Below, piece after piece: positions 11,922 to 25,120 of a DNA stretch of 64,000 bases. The position numbers and the translations under genes were made by a program. The notes below the pieces were generated by a model. The model had not been told where the DNA came from. It searched no databases and saw only the letters and a program-made list of their open reading frames with translations. The DNA lies in NCBI RefSeq assembly GCF_006345805.1, contig NC_042997.1, positions 133,672,001-133,736,000 of the forward strand. The letters run 5' to 3'. Positions within the stretch are counted from its first letter, which is position 1. Each line of letters opens with the position of its first letter. The DNA is from Octopus sinensis. Taxonomy: Eukaryota.

Positions 11922-13368
11922 CATCAAGAACCACGCTAATAGCTTAGGAGTGAAATTTAGGATTAGTCGGTTTTCTGTGAATAGATTTTGGTAAAACTTT
12001 TCCCAGATGGCTTGCACACTATGGCAACACCATTGTTATGTTTTCATTATTCTGTGTAACGTCCTTTTTTTTTTATTTCAGATTCCTCAGTTTTTGGAAT
12101 GAACCACTAATTGCTTTTAAATGAAAATAACCCATCTAGACATTTTTTTTCTTCAGAAAATGAAGGGTAATAATGCATATCAAACATACATTGAGTATAT
12201 ATTTAACAGAAAACCATAATAACATTATAATATTTATTGACATAAAGAATTATTTAGTCACATGTGCGTCATTTCGACGGATTACTTCAAAAACCCTATT
12301 AGTCATAGATTCTGTTAATTTCTTAACAGTAGTAGGTTGGACTGCCTCTGCTGCAGCTTTGATGCTCACCCATAAGACATCTTTCAACATAAATTGGGCG
12401 TCCATCGGCATAAACATCTTGTTTAATGATGGACCAAAGATTTTCGATAGAGTTGAGATCCGAAGATGCTAGCGTCCACACCATCAACCGTTCCCGTTGT
12501 ATGCCGTAAGACCCTAGGAACGTTTGGGTGGGAGGGAGCGTTGTCATGCATGAATGCGAGATTCCTTAGAAGTAACAGCAGTGTGTCATCTAGCCAGGGA
12601 TCCAAGACCTCCTTCAGGAGATTGCAGTAGGCGGCTGCGGTCACTTTAACCTCTTCAGGCACCAATGATACTAGCCCACAACATGGCTCCTCCACGCTGT
12701 TGTTGATGTCGTAAACGTTGGTGGCGCTCATCTTCAAAATAGAACCAACCGTTTGCCCAACCGTCAGGTTCGTCAAGGTTCACCCTGGTTTCATCAGTGA
12801 ACAGAACTCAACTCATTTCTAACATCATGTTCTTTTGGGCCCATTGAAGCCTCAAACTCTTGTGAGGAGGCAGTTTTAAGGGTTCTTGCACGAAAGCCAT
12901 GGTCCCGAGCATGCGATTTCTGGTAGTTTTTGGTAGAAAATAGTTTTGCATGTTTGTTCAAGATTCCCACGTAACTTGCGGCCTATATTCCTTAAATCCT
13001 TAGTTGCCAGTCTTGGAGGCCCCACAATCGGATCGTTTCTTCCTTAGCACTAATGTGACTAAATAATTCATTATTTCAATAAATGTTATGGTTTTCTGTT
13101 AAATATATACTCAATGCATGCTTTATATGTATCATTACCCTTCATTTTCTGGGGGGAAATGTCTAGATGGGCTATTTTCATTCAAAAGCACGGTTCACCC
13201 AAACACTGAAGAATCTGAAATAAAAGGATGTTACACAAAATAATGAAAACATAACAATGATGTTGTCATAGTGTGCAAACCACATGGGAAAAGTTTTATC
13301 AAAATCGATTCACAGAAAACCGAGAAATCCTAAATTTCACGCCTAAGCTATTAGTGTGGTTCTGGGTG
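11922..13368 (-). mobile_element. Tc1-superfamily DNA transposon with long (~320-340 bp) TIRs, internally deleted
   Basis: TA|catcaagaaccac...gtggttctgggtg|TA; the inverted arms ~11922-12260 and ~13050-13368 align along their length. Confidence 0.93.
12270..13045 (-). pseudogene. Tc1-like transposase remnant, probable DD37E spacing
   Basis: RKKRSD; VLFTDETRVNLDEPDGWANGW; FMHDNAPSH; W...SDLNSIENLWSIIKQDVY. Frameshifts present and the N-terminal HTH is missing. Confidence 0.88.
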
Positions 13369-14275
13369 TATATAAATATAATTATCTAATACAAAAATGA
13401 CAAGTGACTGGGCGTGAAGCGATGAGGTGTGAGCGACCCCATTTACTTCTGATTATAGAAAGACGATTGTTGGGGACATTACAAATTTCAATTACGCCGC
13501 TAATGCACCGATTGGGGGCATTGCGTATTACAAGTATGCCGCTAATGCCCTTTAGTAAAGCAGAAATACATCATTATCACACATTTTGGCGTGTGTAAGT
13601 CGCTTTTATTATAGGCCAAGTTAAATACAGGGGTTGGCCTGGCTTAGTATTCAGTTGCAACGTATAGATACATTTTTGACGTCATTGATATAACATTAAC
13701 GTAAATACCCAAACGCACCCATAATTGAGGGTAAATAAATACGCCTGATCAGGAGCATTAGGTGTGCCATTACACTTTAATAATGTTTTTCTTATTTTCA
13801 TTGTATTTATTTATTTATTTTTGTAACATACGTAATTAATATTTGCTTTTCATTCGCCGTATTGTAACCTTTAACGCCAGACTGAAAAAATATGTGAGGG
13901 AGCGATCTAATTGAGATTATTTTCAACGGCAATTACCACCATAATTTGCAAAAATATTTTCTTTCGCATAAAGTAATATTACTTACCGATTCTTGATTAG
14001 AGAGAGAGAGAGATTCCACAGAAATAGATAAAATATTCTGGGCTATAATTCTCCTTTAAAAATCATATACGAGCTAATTTGCTTACTATAAATAACATAC
14101 AAGATAAACAATCTCCGAGAAAGCTGATTTTGTGGACTGGCATTAACTTCCGGTTTTTGATAGTTCACATCATTTAGGTCTCTTAAACTCTTCAAAAATT
14201 TATGTATGTCACCTATACAATTTTCAGGCATCAATAAATCTCTATAAATAGAAATTCTGTACTTCTACAAAACAA

Positions 14276-14324
14276 TTATATATATATATATATATATATA
14301 GCTCTGAGCGGAAATAGAGAGAGA

Positions 14325-14423
<99 letters not shown>

Positions 14424-14425
14424 CT
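14276..14425. repeat. (TA)n tracts
   Basis: Seen directly. Confidence 0.9.
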
Positions 14426-14736
14426 GCTTAATTTCTGATATTGACATCATGGGAGAAAGGTAGAATCGATTGAATCGTATTCCTATTCCGACATTCATTT
14501 GCTTACATTCTCTATTCACATTTATTTTCACTGAAATATATAGGAATGATTTAGTGGTGTTTTAGACTAATGATTATGTTGGAGTAGTTATTGCTGACTT
14601 CTCATGTAATATAGTACAAATATACATTTCATAAATATGGAATACAATATTAATGAAACACACCAATGTACAAGGATATAAATTAAACACTATTTACATA
14701 TATACTAACATTACGGCTACATATACATATATATGT

Positions 14737-15025
14737 GGAGGCGCAATGGCCCAGTGGTTAGGGCAGCGTACTTGCGGTCGGAGGATCGCGGTTTATTGAG
14801 CGAAAACACCTAAAGCTCCACGAGTCTCCGGCAGTGGGTGGTGGCGACCCCTGTTGTACTCTTTCGACCCAACTTTCTCTCACTCTTTTTTCCTGTTTGT
14901 TGAGTAACGTTGCGATAGACTGGCGTCCCGTCCAGCTGGGAGGGGGAACACATACGCCATAGAAACCGGGAAACCGGGACCATGAGCCTTGCTAGGCTTG
15001 AAAAGGGTGCATAAATAAAAAATAG
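14737..15025 (+). mobile_element. SINE family C (tail type 1)
   Basis: tRNA-like head ggaggcgcaatggcccagtggttagggcagc; B-box region deleted between gttt microhomologies; 3' block gactggcgtcccgtccagctgg...gaaaccggg shared with 26505. Confidence 0.88.
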
Positions 15026-15038
15026 ATGTGTGTGTGTA

Positions 15039-15080
<42 letters not shown>

Positions 15081-15647
15081 TGTGTCTGTGTCTGTGTGCG
15101 CGCGCGTGTGTTTATATATACATAAATACGTTTATCAATTTCTGTTGCAAGATTCCTGATGTGAAATCGTGTGGTGAAACAGATATTGTCGTATTTCGGG
15201 ACGGTCATTTTTTTTTTGTCAAATAAACACACGCACTAAATATTTGTCCTTCACTCGTTTATTACTGTTCTTTTTTCTTTTTTTTTTTTAAACCTATGTC
15301 CGGAAATCTTTCGTCACACATCTGTAGCCTCTTCAGCGACACTTTTCGTTTTCGTATGTGCTCTTCTTCCATTTTCTCCACTGAGAATGGAATAAGGGAA
15401 GACAGGAGTGGGTGGGTTTACTGACTATTTAAAAAAAAGACCAACCCAGTAATGTGCAAAGTTGTGGCTGGAGCAGATAGTGTTGAAGCCTTAGGAATGG
15501 TCATTATACATATTACACATGTGACTTTACTGTTTTATAAAGTATGTGCAGGCCCTCATTGTGTTAGTGTGTTATTCGAATGCTAACATACACACATATA
15601 CTCAAATACAGACACACACACACACATATATATAAACATACATACAC

Positions 15648-15716
<69 letters not shown>

Positions 15717-15720
<4 letters not shown>

Positions 15721-16558
15721 TCAGTTTTCGAGATTAATAGATATGTTGGTATTCTATTTCAGATTATGCAAAAAAATAACATAACAAGTATATCTGAAGG
15801 TAAACTCCTGGTATCTATATGCACATCAAGAAATAATACTTTAAGGATAAAATGAGTACACCAGCAGGGTATAAAATATACTTCCCTAATTATCTCCTAC
15901 TTAAGTTAAAATTATCATTATGAAGGAACTACACATATAAATGGGTACAGGACATAAAAAAAAACGTTGAACACAATAAGAAACGAAAACATAAAAACAA
16001 AAACATAGAAACGAACTTTTTTCGAACAACGAAAAAATCAAGCAGAGAAACGAGACATACAACATAAAGAATGTTCCCCTTCTTCAGTTGTCCATGTTTC
16101 ATCTACTCCGCGTTCCGAAGGCAAGGACAATACGCAACTTCATTGAAACAGTCCTTCCCGCAAAGCAAATTAAATAAAATTTGGGATGTTTTGCAGAGGG
16201 TGAAAGTGGTAGCAAGAACAGGACAGTGAGAACAAAACAGTAAAAACAAACGGTGAAGGCTGTTAAGCAAAGACAATAGAAAAATTATTATGAACGCTAG
16301 GAAGACGAGCTTATGAGAGATGTTATAATCTTCCAATACTGAAACACGTGTAGTTCCTTGATAATGATAATTTTAACTTAAGTAGAGGCTAATTAAGGAA
16401 GTACATTTTATACCCAGGTGGTGTACTGATTTTAGCCTTAAAGTATTATTTCTTGATGTGAATATAGATACCACGAGTTTACCTTCAGATATACTTGTTA
16501 TGTTATTTTTTACATAATCTGAGATAGAATACCCACATTAATCCCCAAAACTGAATTA
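15717..16558. mobile_element. Fold-back/MITE-like palindrome with ~215-bp arms, interrupted at its centre
   Basis: 15717-15934 is the reverse complement of 16348-16558 (about 85-90% by eye); outer ends ta-attcagtttt...aaaactgaat-ta. Confidence 0.85.
15935..16343 (-). mobile_element. Penelope-like interspersed fragment inserted in the palindrome
   Basis: Homologous to ~28810-29000 (ctga[at]gaagggga..attc...ttcgttgtt...tgtcctgtac); flanked by acac at 15931-15934 and 16344-16347. PLE class is inferred. Confidence 0.55.
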
Positions 16559-16708
16559 TAATTAATTTCTATTACATATATTGTATATTTCTAGATATAT
16601 ATATAAATATATGATAATCAACACCCCACTTCATAATATGCAGAGGCATGTAATGTTAAAGGGATGTACCTGATTTATTTGGAAACTCATTTTACCACAT
16701 CATTCAAA

Positions 16709-16761
<53 letters not shown>

Positions 16762-16769
16762 TATATATA

Positions 16770-17032
16770 CGACAGGCTTCATTCCAGTTACAGTCTACCA
16801 AATCCACTCACGAGGCTTTAATCAGACCGAGGCTATAGTAGAAGACGCTTGGTCTATGAACTCGTATCCATGTGGTTGGGAAACACGCTTCTTACCACAC
16901 AGCCACTTATTCTTTGTAAGCCTAGTACTTATTCTATCTTTTCTCTTTCGCCGAACCGCTAAGTTACGGGGACGTAAACACACCAGTATCGGTTGTCAAG
17001 CGATATTGGGGGGACAGACACAGATACACACG

Positions 17033-17093
<61 letters not shown>

Positions 17094-17284
17094 TATATAT
17101 ATATATATATATATATATACATAATATACGACGGGCTTCTTTCAGTTTCCGTCTACCAAATCCACTCACAATGCTTTGGTCGGCCTGAGGCTATAGTAGA
17201 AGGCACTTGCCCAAGGTGCCACGCAGTGGGACTGAACCCGGAACCATGTGGTTCGTAAGCAAGCTACTTACCACACAGCCACTA
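16770..17284 (-). mobile_element. Two SINE-A pieces (5' half at 16770-16907; near-complete copy at 16908-17284)
   Basis: Both end in cttaccacacagccact, the reverse complement of the family head. Confidence 0.88.
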
Positions 17285-17599
17285 TAATATTTATTATAAT
17301 ATATAATTGAATAATTTTTATTATAGTACATTTAAATTTTTCTATATGATATAGATAAAGTCTTTTACTATTGAATTACTTAACAGAGGTTATTTCTCTT
17401 AATTACATACATATATTATATATTGTGAAATTTGATTTGGAATTGCTAAATTGAATTTTTCCCCTGTAGTTTGGAATTATATTCCCTACTATAATATATA
17501 TATTATATATATAATATATATATATATATATGTGTGTGTGTTGTGTGTTTGTGGTTGTGTGTGTGTGTGGTGTGTGTGTGTGTGTGTTGTGTGTGTGTT

Positions 17600-18110
17600 G
17601 TGCCGATTTTGGTTCTCACGTGACCGCTAGCCCACTGTGAGCGCCTGGTTTTCGTTTCCATTAGTTTCCAGCCGTCGCCGAAGCAACACGTATTTGTTCG
17701 TCTCCCTGCGGCAGTAGCACAACTTCAAAGCCGGCCCTAAACTTAACTCGTCCTGTCGAAAGACCCTTGTCCTACTTCCTGGTTTTGTTTTGTTTTTTAT
17801 TTTTACCGTTTTGTTTTTAAACGTTTTTGTATTCTTATTGGTATTCTGTATTTTTGTTCGTGTACTTCGTTCGTTTTCCGTCCTCGTGTTGTATACATCG
17901 AAGCTTTCTTCTTCCAGGGGATCTAATGCGCTTGGCTTAGATTTCCCTTGGCGGGCTGCCCAAAATCGGAGCAATCTCAAGATAATCAGCCCACCGAAAT
18001 TGCTAAGATGATCTGGTTCTTGACTGAAGACTGAGGGCTTCGAATGTCCCGTCTTGTGGTTCTTGTGTCGTCTCTTTGGTGTTTCATGTTCTTGTCCATG
18101 TCTATGTAAT
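17600..18110. mobile_element. Unclassified interspersed repeat; second copy at ~53600-53790
   Basis: ccgtcctcgtgttgtatacat...cttcttccaggggatctaatgcgcttggcttag aligns with ccgtccttgtttttgtatacat...cttcttccaaggaacctaatgctcttagcttag. Confidence 0.65.
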
Positions 18111-18140
18111 ATTTTACTGTTTACAATATATATATTATAG

Positions 18141-18196
<56 letters not shown>

Positions 18197-19174
18197 TGTG
18201 TGTGTATGTATGTATATACAATTTTGATTTTAACATCTTAGTAATCCCTCGTCATATCGCGGTTCACTTTTCGTGGTGTGTTTTGGAATGTAACACCCGC
18301 GATAGTCGATGGATTATTGTATATATACGATATATATATATATGTTTGTGTGTGTATGTGTGTGTCTGAATATATATATATATATATATATACACGATTA
18401 TATATATATATGTGTGTGTGTTAGTGTATGTATATAAATATATATTTATATATACATATATGTTTTTATATAAATATATTTATATGTGTGTATGTGTGTG
18501 TGTGTATGTGTGTGTTTGTGTGTGCGTGTGTGTGCAAGCCAGACTAAATATAAAGCTATTGTATTCCATATAACAATCTTTTATATCACAGTAGTATTGT
18601 GTTCTTGCCAGAAATTATTTTTGCTTTATTTCTAAAACATTCAAAACCTTATCATTGATTTGTTGAATAAATAAATAAGTAAATAAATAAATAAATAGAT
18701 AAATAAATAAACAGATAAATAAATAAATAGATAAATAGATAAATAAATAGATAAATATTATCCAGAAGACAATAACAAAATGGTAAAATGCATGTAAAAG
18801 ATGGTAAATAAAAAAGAACAATAATTACAAAGAAACGAATACAATAAACAAACAGCGTAAAGTGAAAGGAACGCCATTTTTTGAAATGAAAAGTTATGGT
18901 CACCTGATCTCAGCGATATTTTTTCTTTTATTTCGTTCTCTTCCTCGTTTGGTGATTCGTTCATTCATTTATTCTATTTATGTATTTATCGTTAATTTTT
19001 ATTTTTTTTATGTACCTATTGTTATAATTTTTATGTCCAACAAGAAGAGAGGACAACAGCACACATGACTAAATTTTCGGTCGTAGTTATGCTGTAGTGG
19101 TTGTATTGCGTATGTATATTTTCTGGTTTGTTCTTGTTTTTTGTTTACAATTATATATACGTGTATATATAGGA

Positions 19175-19231
<57 letters not shown>

Positions 19232-19641
19232 ATGTATGTGCGTATATGTATGTATATATACATATATAGTTATATATATACATATATATGCATAACAGTA
19301 TTAATAAAATAGATGGAATGAGTAAAAGATCTTATTGGTTACGTGTGTTGTCAATGTATGTATCAATGTATGTATGTCATACATGTATATATATATATAT
19401 ATAATATATATATATATATATAATATAATATATATATATACACACATACATACATACATATTTTCATATATGCATGTATGTAGGTAAAGGTGTGTGTGTG
19501 CGTATATATATATATATATATATACATTCTTTTCTCCCCCTCCTCCTCCTCTTCTTTATTCCTTGATTTTTTTCTCTTATTTCGGAAATATTATAGTTTA
19601 GTAGTAAAGTCATATGATTTATTATATATTCTTATTTCTTA

Positions 19642-19690
<49 letters not shown>

Positions 19691-20334
19691 TATCATTACT
19701 ATTATTATTATTGTTACTAACAATGTCCTTTCTCCGTTATCCAATTGAACTATTTATTGCACCAAGAAACCTTTCATTGGATTTTTCTGTTTTTGATTTT
19801 GCTTTTTTTTCTTTCTTTCTTTGCTTTATTCTTTGTTCTTTTTGTTTCATAGTTGTCATTTCGTTGTTATTGTTGTTGTTGCTGTTGGTGGTGTTGCATC
19901 TTTTGCTTGTTTTTGTTGTTGCCTTTATTTCTTTTCTTTTCTTTTTTTTTGTCGTTGTTCGTTTTCGCAAAAACGGATTCGTTTCCATGCCATAATTCAT
20001 ATTCATAATTCATAATTATGATTGCTATCATATGATTTCCTATTATGACAATCACAATAAGGATTTCTCACAATGCTACCAAGGCCACACATTTCCATTT
20101 AGGACAGCAATCGATTTAATCACTCCCCTCCTCCTCCCTCCCCAATCCCCGCCACTAATACTTAACAGGCAATTATTCCATTCCTTTTTAGGAGCGGGAT
20201 GCGGTGAACGACAACGTCGCTCTCCGTGGGATTTGAACTCGAAAGCAAGCTATTTAATCCAGCATTCTAGTATTCTGTTACTAGTGATTAAGATAATCCC
20301 CTTGGTAGTTATCACAATAACGATTATAAAATTT

Positions 20335-20520
20335 TGGCACAGAATCAGGAGCATTTTAGGAGGGGGAGAAGTCGATTACATCGACCCCGGTACTTGATGG
20401 GTACCCCGAAAGGACGAAAGATAAACTCGACTTCGGCGGAATTTGAACTCAGAACGTAAAAAATCAGAACAAATACCGCAAAGCAGTTTTTCCGAGGCTC
20501 TAATGATTTTCGGCCAACAG
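20335..20520 (-). mobile_element. SINE-B2 monomer, degenerate
   Basis: gtcgattacatcgacccc...ggcggaatttgaactcagaacg. Confidence 0.8.
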
Positions 20521-20547
20521 ATTGTCCATATAATATCAATGGTTTCT

Positions 20548-20946
20548 TATTTCTTTACTTCCCACAAGGGGGTAAACACAGAGGGGACAAACAAGGACAG
20601 ACAAACGGATTAAGTCGATTACATCGACCCCAGTGCGTAGCTGGTACTTAATTTATCGACCCCGAAAAGATGAAAGGCAAAGTCGACCTCGGAGGAATTT
20701 GAACTCAGAACGTAACGGTAGACAAAATACCTATTTCTTTACTACCCACAAGGGGCTACACACAGAGAGGACAAACAAGGACAGACAAACGGATTAAGTC
20801 AATTATATCGACCCCAGTGCGTAACTGGTACTTAATTTATCGACCCCGAAAGGATGAAAGGCAAAGTCGACCTTGGCGTAATTTGAACTCAGAACGTAAC
20901 GGCAGACGAAATACCGCTAAGCATTTCGCCAGCTCGCCGCCTTAAT
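20548..20946 (-). mobile_element. SINE-B dimer with 12-bp TSD
   Basis: tcaatggtttct at 20536-20547 and 20947-20958. Confidence 0.92.
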
Positions 20947-21194
20947 TCAATGGTTTCTAATTGAGGCGCAAAGCTTTTTTAGTTTAAGTAAAGAGAGTTA
21001 ATCGATCCCATTGACTCTTGTATTTTCCTACATTTTATCGACTCTGTGGCGATGGAAGCTACCCGCGGCAGGATATCAATTCAGGATGCACAAGTCTAGA
21101 ACAAACAGCACGAAGCATGCTAACCATCCTACCATTTCATAAACTTCATAGTTATCATGAATAATCATGAATAATCATTTCTGCTAAGAGGCAC

Positions 21195-21630
21195 AAGACC
21201 TGAAATATGAGCGAGGAAGCTAATCGATTACATTGATCCCAGTACTCGACTGGTACTTATTATATCGACCCTCAAAACGGTGAAAGGCAAAGTCTGTCTC
21301 GGCGGACTTTGAAATCAGAATGTAAAGACGAACGAAATACCGCTCAGTATTTTTGTTCGACGTGCGAACGATTCTGCCACCTCGCCACTTTATCATTGGT
21401 TATCAAGTGGTGGTTGGCGGGGCACAAACACAGACATACAAATTCATACGAACATATATAAATATATATATATATACGACGGGCTTCTTTCAGTTTCCGT
21501 CTACCAAATCCACTCACAAGGCTTTGGTCGGCCCGAGGTTATAGTACAAGATATTAGCCCAAGATGCCACGCAGTGGAACTGAACCCGGAACCATGTGGT
21601 TGGGAAGCAAGCTTCTTACCTCACAGCAAC
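21195..21630 (-). mobile_element. Degenerate SINE-B2 (21195-21385) and SINE-A 5' part (21405-21630)
   Basis: Family motifs seen directly. Confidence 0.82.
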
Positions 21631-21714
21631 TCACCAAATATGAAATCAATTGGAACAGAAATTGAAAAAATTGAAATGTTACAGCCAAACAGAAAAGATA
21701 AGAAGAATGGTTTC

Positions 21715-22295
21715 AAATTTTGGCACAAGACCAGTAATTTGAGGGGAGGGGCGAAGTCGGTTACACCGACCTCAACATGTATTTATTTTATCGATCCTGG
21801 AAGGATAAGTTGAACTTGATGGAATTTGAACTCGGAACGTAAAGACATACGAAATATCACTAAGTATTTTGCCCGGCGTGTTAACGATTCTTATTTCTTT
21901 ACTGCCTTCAAGGGGCTAAACATAGAGGGGACAAATAAGGACAGAAAAAGGGATTAAGTCGATTACATCGACCCCAGTGCGTAGCTAGTACTTAATTTAT
22001 CGACCCCGAAAAGATGAAAGGCAAAGTCGACCTCGGAGGAATTTGAACTCAGAACGTAACGGTAGACAAAATACCTATTTCTTTACTACCCACAAGGGGC
22101 TACACACAGAGAGGACAAACAAGGACAGACAAACGGATTAAGTCGATTATATCGACCCCAGTGCGTAACTGGTACTTATTTAATCAACCCCGAAAGGATG
22201 AAAGGCAAAGTCGACCTCGGCGGAATTTGAACTCAGAACGTAACGGCAGACGAAATACCGCTAAGCATTTCGCCCGGCGTGTTAACGATTCTGCC
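21715..22295 (-). mobile_element. SINE-B trimer (B1-B1-B2)
   Basis: Two B1 units joined to a B2 head at 21880-21900. Confidence 0.9.
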
Positions 22296-23229
22296 AACCC
22301 GCTTCTTTATTAATAAATAATTTAATTAATTAATAAGTAAATAAATAAACTTAACACCTTGAATTTTGAGGGACGTCTCGCCTTCTAGTGTGAATCGAAA
22401 GCACATTGATCCAGCATACAACAAGCTTCTTTGGATGTCCTCGACGAATGTGCGCTTCAGAGGAAACGTTGGCTAGGATGCAAAGGGTGGATTGAACTTG
22501 TCAGGTGAGAAACAAAGCAAAGTAAACCTATCGAAAAGAGTTGGTAAAAGGATATAGAATAACATCGCTTGGTATAATATCAAAATAGTACGGAGTAGAA
22601 GAAACAGTTGTTATAGTCGCAGATACGACATATGGAAGATACAGTAGCAAGCTAACGATTGCAACGTGACGGTAAATAGATGATAACCAATCCACCAAAT
22701 CGCCTTTGTTTCGATGCCAGATCTATGCTAAGCAATACAAGATTTAACTATATTGTATCCCTACATTTTAATCGTGCCGAGGATGAACTTCAATAACCTT
22801 GAATGACTTTGGTATTGATCAAATATGTTCCAGTTAGATAAAGAGCCCGATATAATCGATTATATCTCCTTAAAGATGTCCTTGCTGTTTGGGCGAAAGA
22901 AAATCATTAATTCTCCCTCTTTTTTCCATTTTGTTTGTATTCTTGCTTCTTGTCCTTTTCTTCCTCGTCGCCCTCAATTTTTTTCTTTATCCTCGTTTAG
23001 GTTTTCACGTTGTATCTGGGGTTTTTTTTTTCTTCTTTATATTATTTTGTTTTATTGTATTTCTTTCTTTTCTCTGTGGATTTATATCTTCCATGTTATT
23101 TTTACACAGCTTCTGGTGCAACTTTTTTTCTAGCCAGCCCCTGCCTTACCCCCACAAACCTCCTTTCCATTCGCCATCATCATGTGCTACTGATGTCATT
23201 ACTGCTCCATGCCATTTGCCGCTGCTACT

Positions 23230-23245
23230 GCTGCTGCTGCTACTA

Positions 23246-23307
<62 letters not shown>

Positions 23308-23508
23308 GTGCTACTACAGCTGCAGCTATTTCTTTATTACTACTTTTTCATCATCGCTGTCGTGTCGTCGTCGTCGTCATCCTCCTCCTCCTCCTCCTCC
23401 TCATCATCATCAACAACAAACTCATTCGCTTTCATTCTCACCACCATCCTCATTACTCATCATCATCATCATAATCATCATTATCTCTTCTTCTTCTTCT
23501 TCTTCTTT

Positions 23509-23542
<34 letters not shown>

Positions 23543-23746
23543 ACGTCGTCATCATCATCATCCTCATCGTCGTCACCGTCGTCATCTTTGGCATAATAAT
23601 CGACATCTTCATATTCATCGTTATAAATTCTCATCTTAATCGTAATCGCTAATGGCTTCATAAACATTTGCAAACCTCCCCTCCTCCTCCTCATCATCTT
23701 TATTATCATTGTTGTCATCGTCGTCGTCGTCGCCGTCATCGCCAAC

Positions 23747-23793
<47 letters not shown>

Positions 23794-23814
23794 TATCATC
23801 ATCATCATCCCCAC

Positions 23815-23872
<58 letters not shown>

Positions 23873-24102
23873 TTTGACATAATAACCGGCATCTTTATGT
23901 TAATCGCTACATATCCTTGTCATCATCATTCATCATCGTCATCATCATCATCATCATCACCACCACCTCCATCACCACCTTTCCCATTTATCGTCTTCAT
24001 CGTTGACACCTTAATCGTCATCGCTACTAGCTTCGTTTGCTATTCCCCTCCTCCTCACCCTCCTCATAATCATCATCGTCATCGTCATCATCATCATCAT
24101 CG

Positions 24103-24143
<41 letters not shown>

Positions 24144-24180
24144 GTCGCCACCATCTCCATTATCGGCAACAGCAGCAGCT
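23230..24180. repeat. Dense trinucleotide field (TAC)n, (CAT)n, (TCG)n, (TTC)n, (CCT)n
   Basis: Seen directly; source of the poly-H/M/Y/S ORFs. Confidence 0.95.
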
Positions 24181-25024
24181 TTTATTCATTCGTTCGCTCG
24201 TTCGTTCGTTCGTGCGAGAAGAATTTTATAAAATTCATTTTAAATTCATTTTATTTTAGCAAATTGTCCGTTGCTGTGTTTGTTTTTGCTGTTGTTGTTG
24301 TGGCTGTTGTGGCTGTTGTTTTCATTCCTTACAAAAAAAAACGAAACAGCAACTCTGCCCCTTCCTCCTCCGCCTTCCCCCATCTCGTTCCTCCCACCCA
24401 CCCCACCCCACCATCAACAAATGGCAAAGGACCAATTATCTCTGTCTATGACGGTTTTCACTCACAGCTTGCTAAATCCGAAATAATCTCAACAGTTGTG
24501 ACAAACCCTAAAACACTCAAATTTTTCAAAATATAAACTTCATCTATGAAATCCAGTTGACATGTTGACCTTTAACCCCTGAATTCTGACAACAACTGAC
24601 ATATTCGACCTTTAGATGAACAATAAAAAATTTGTTTCTGTTAATGCTTCGTCTACTTTTTTTTCCTCTCTCTTTTTTCTTCATCTTCGCCAGGACCCGT
24701 CAAAATACGCTCAGCCTTCTTCCTCTCTTTAAGATATATTTTCGAATGTAATCGCCATGACCTTCTCGGTCGGTCGGTCTGCTGCCATGATTTGTTAAGC
24801 AAACGGCCACAATAATGAATAAGTATAAAAATCCGAACTGAAATGACAAAAAAATTTAAAGCGCGGACGCTATATATATATCTATATTCCGACGAACGGG
24901 AACGTGAAACTCTGAGTAACAGCTTTTGTTATATTTCTGCTGCTTTTAAATAAAGCATCCTACTCTACCTCTGGTATTTGAGTACTCTTTTTTCCACCTT
25001 GCTTCACATTTATGTACTTACTCC

Positions 25025-25057
<33 letters not shown>

Positions 25058-25120
25058 TTTTATTCTTTTACATGTTTCAAGCCTAAGGCTGTGGTCATGT
25101 TGGAGCATACACACACACAC

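Noticed and set aside
16100-16140. CUGA(A/U)GA motifs at ~16090, ~28866 and ~52697 as hammerheads
   Set aside because: No GAAA follows a stem II, and upstream GAAA motifs do not give convincing type II pairing.
22389-22504. Candidate 116-bp exon (ttctag...cag|gtgaga)
   Set aside because: Stop codons in all three frames; a non-coding exon cannot be supported without RNA data.
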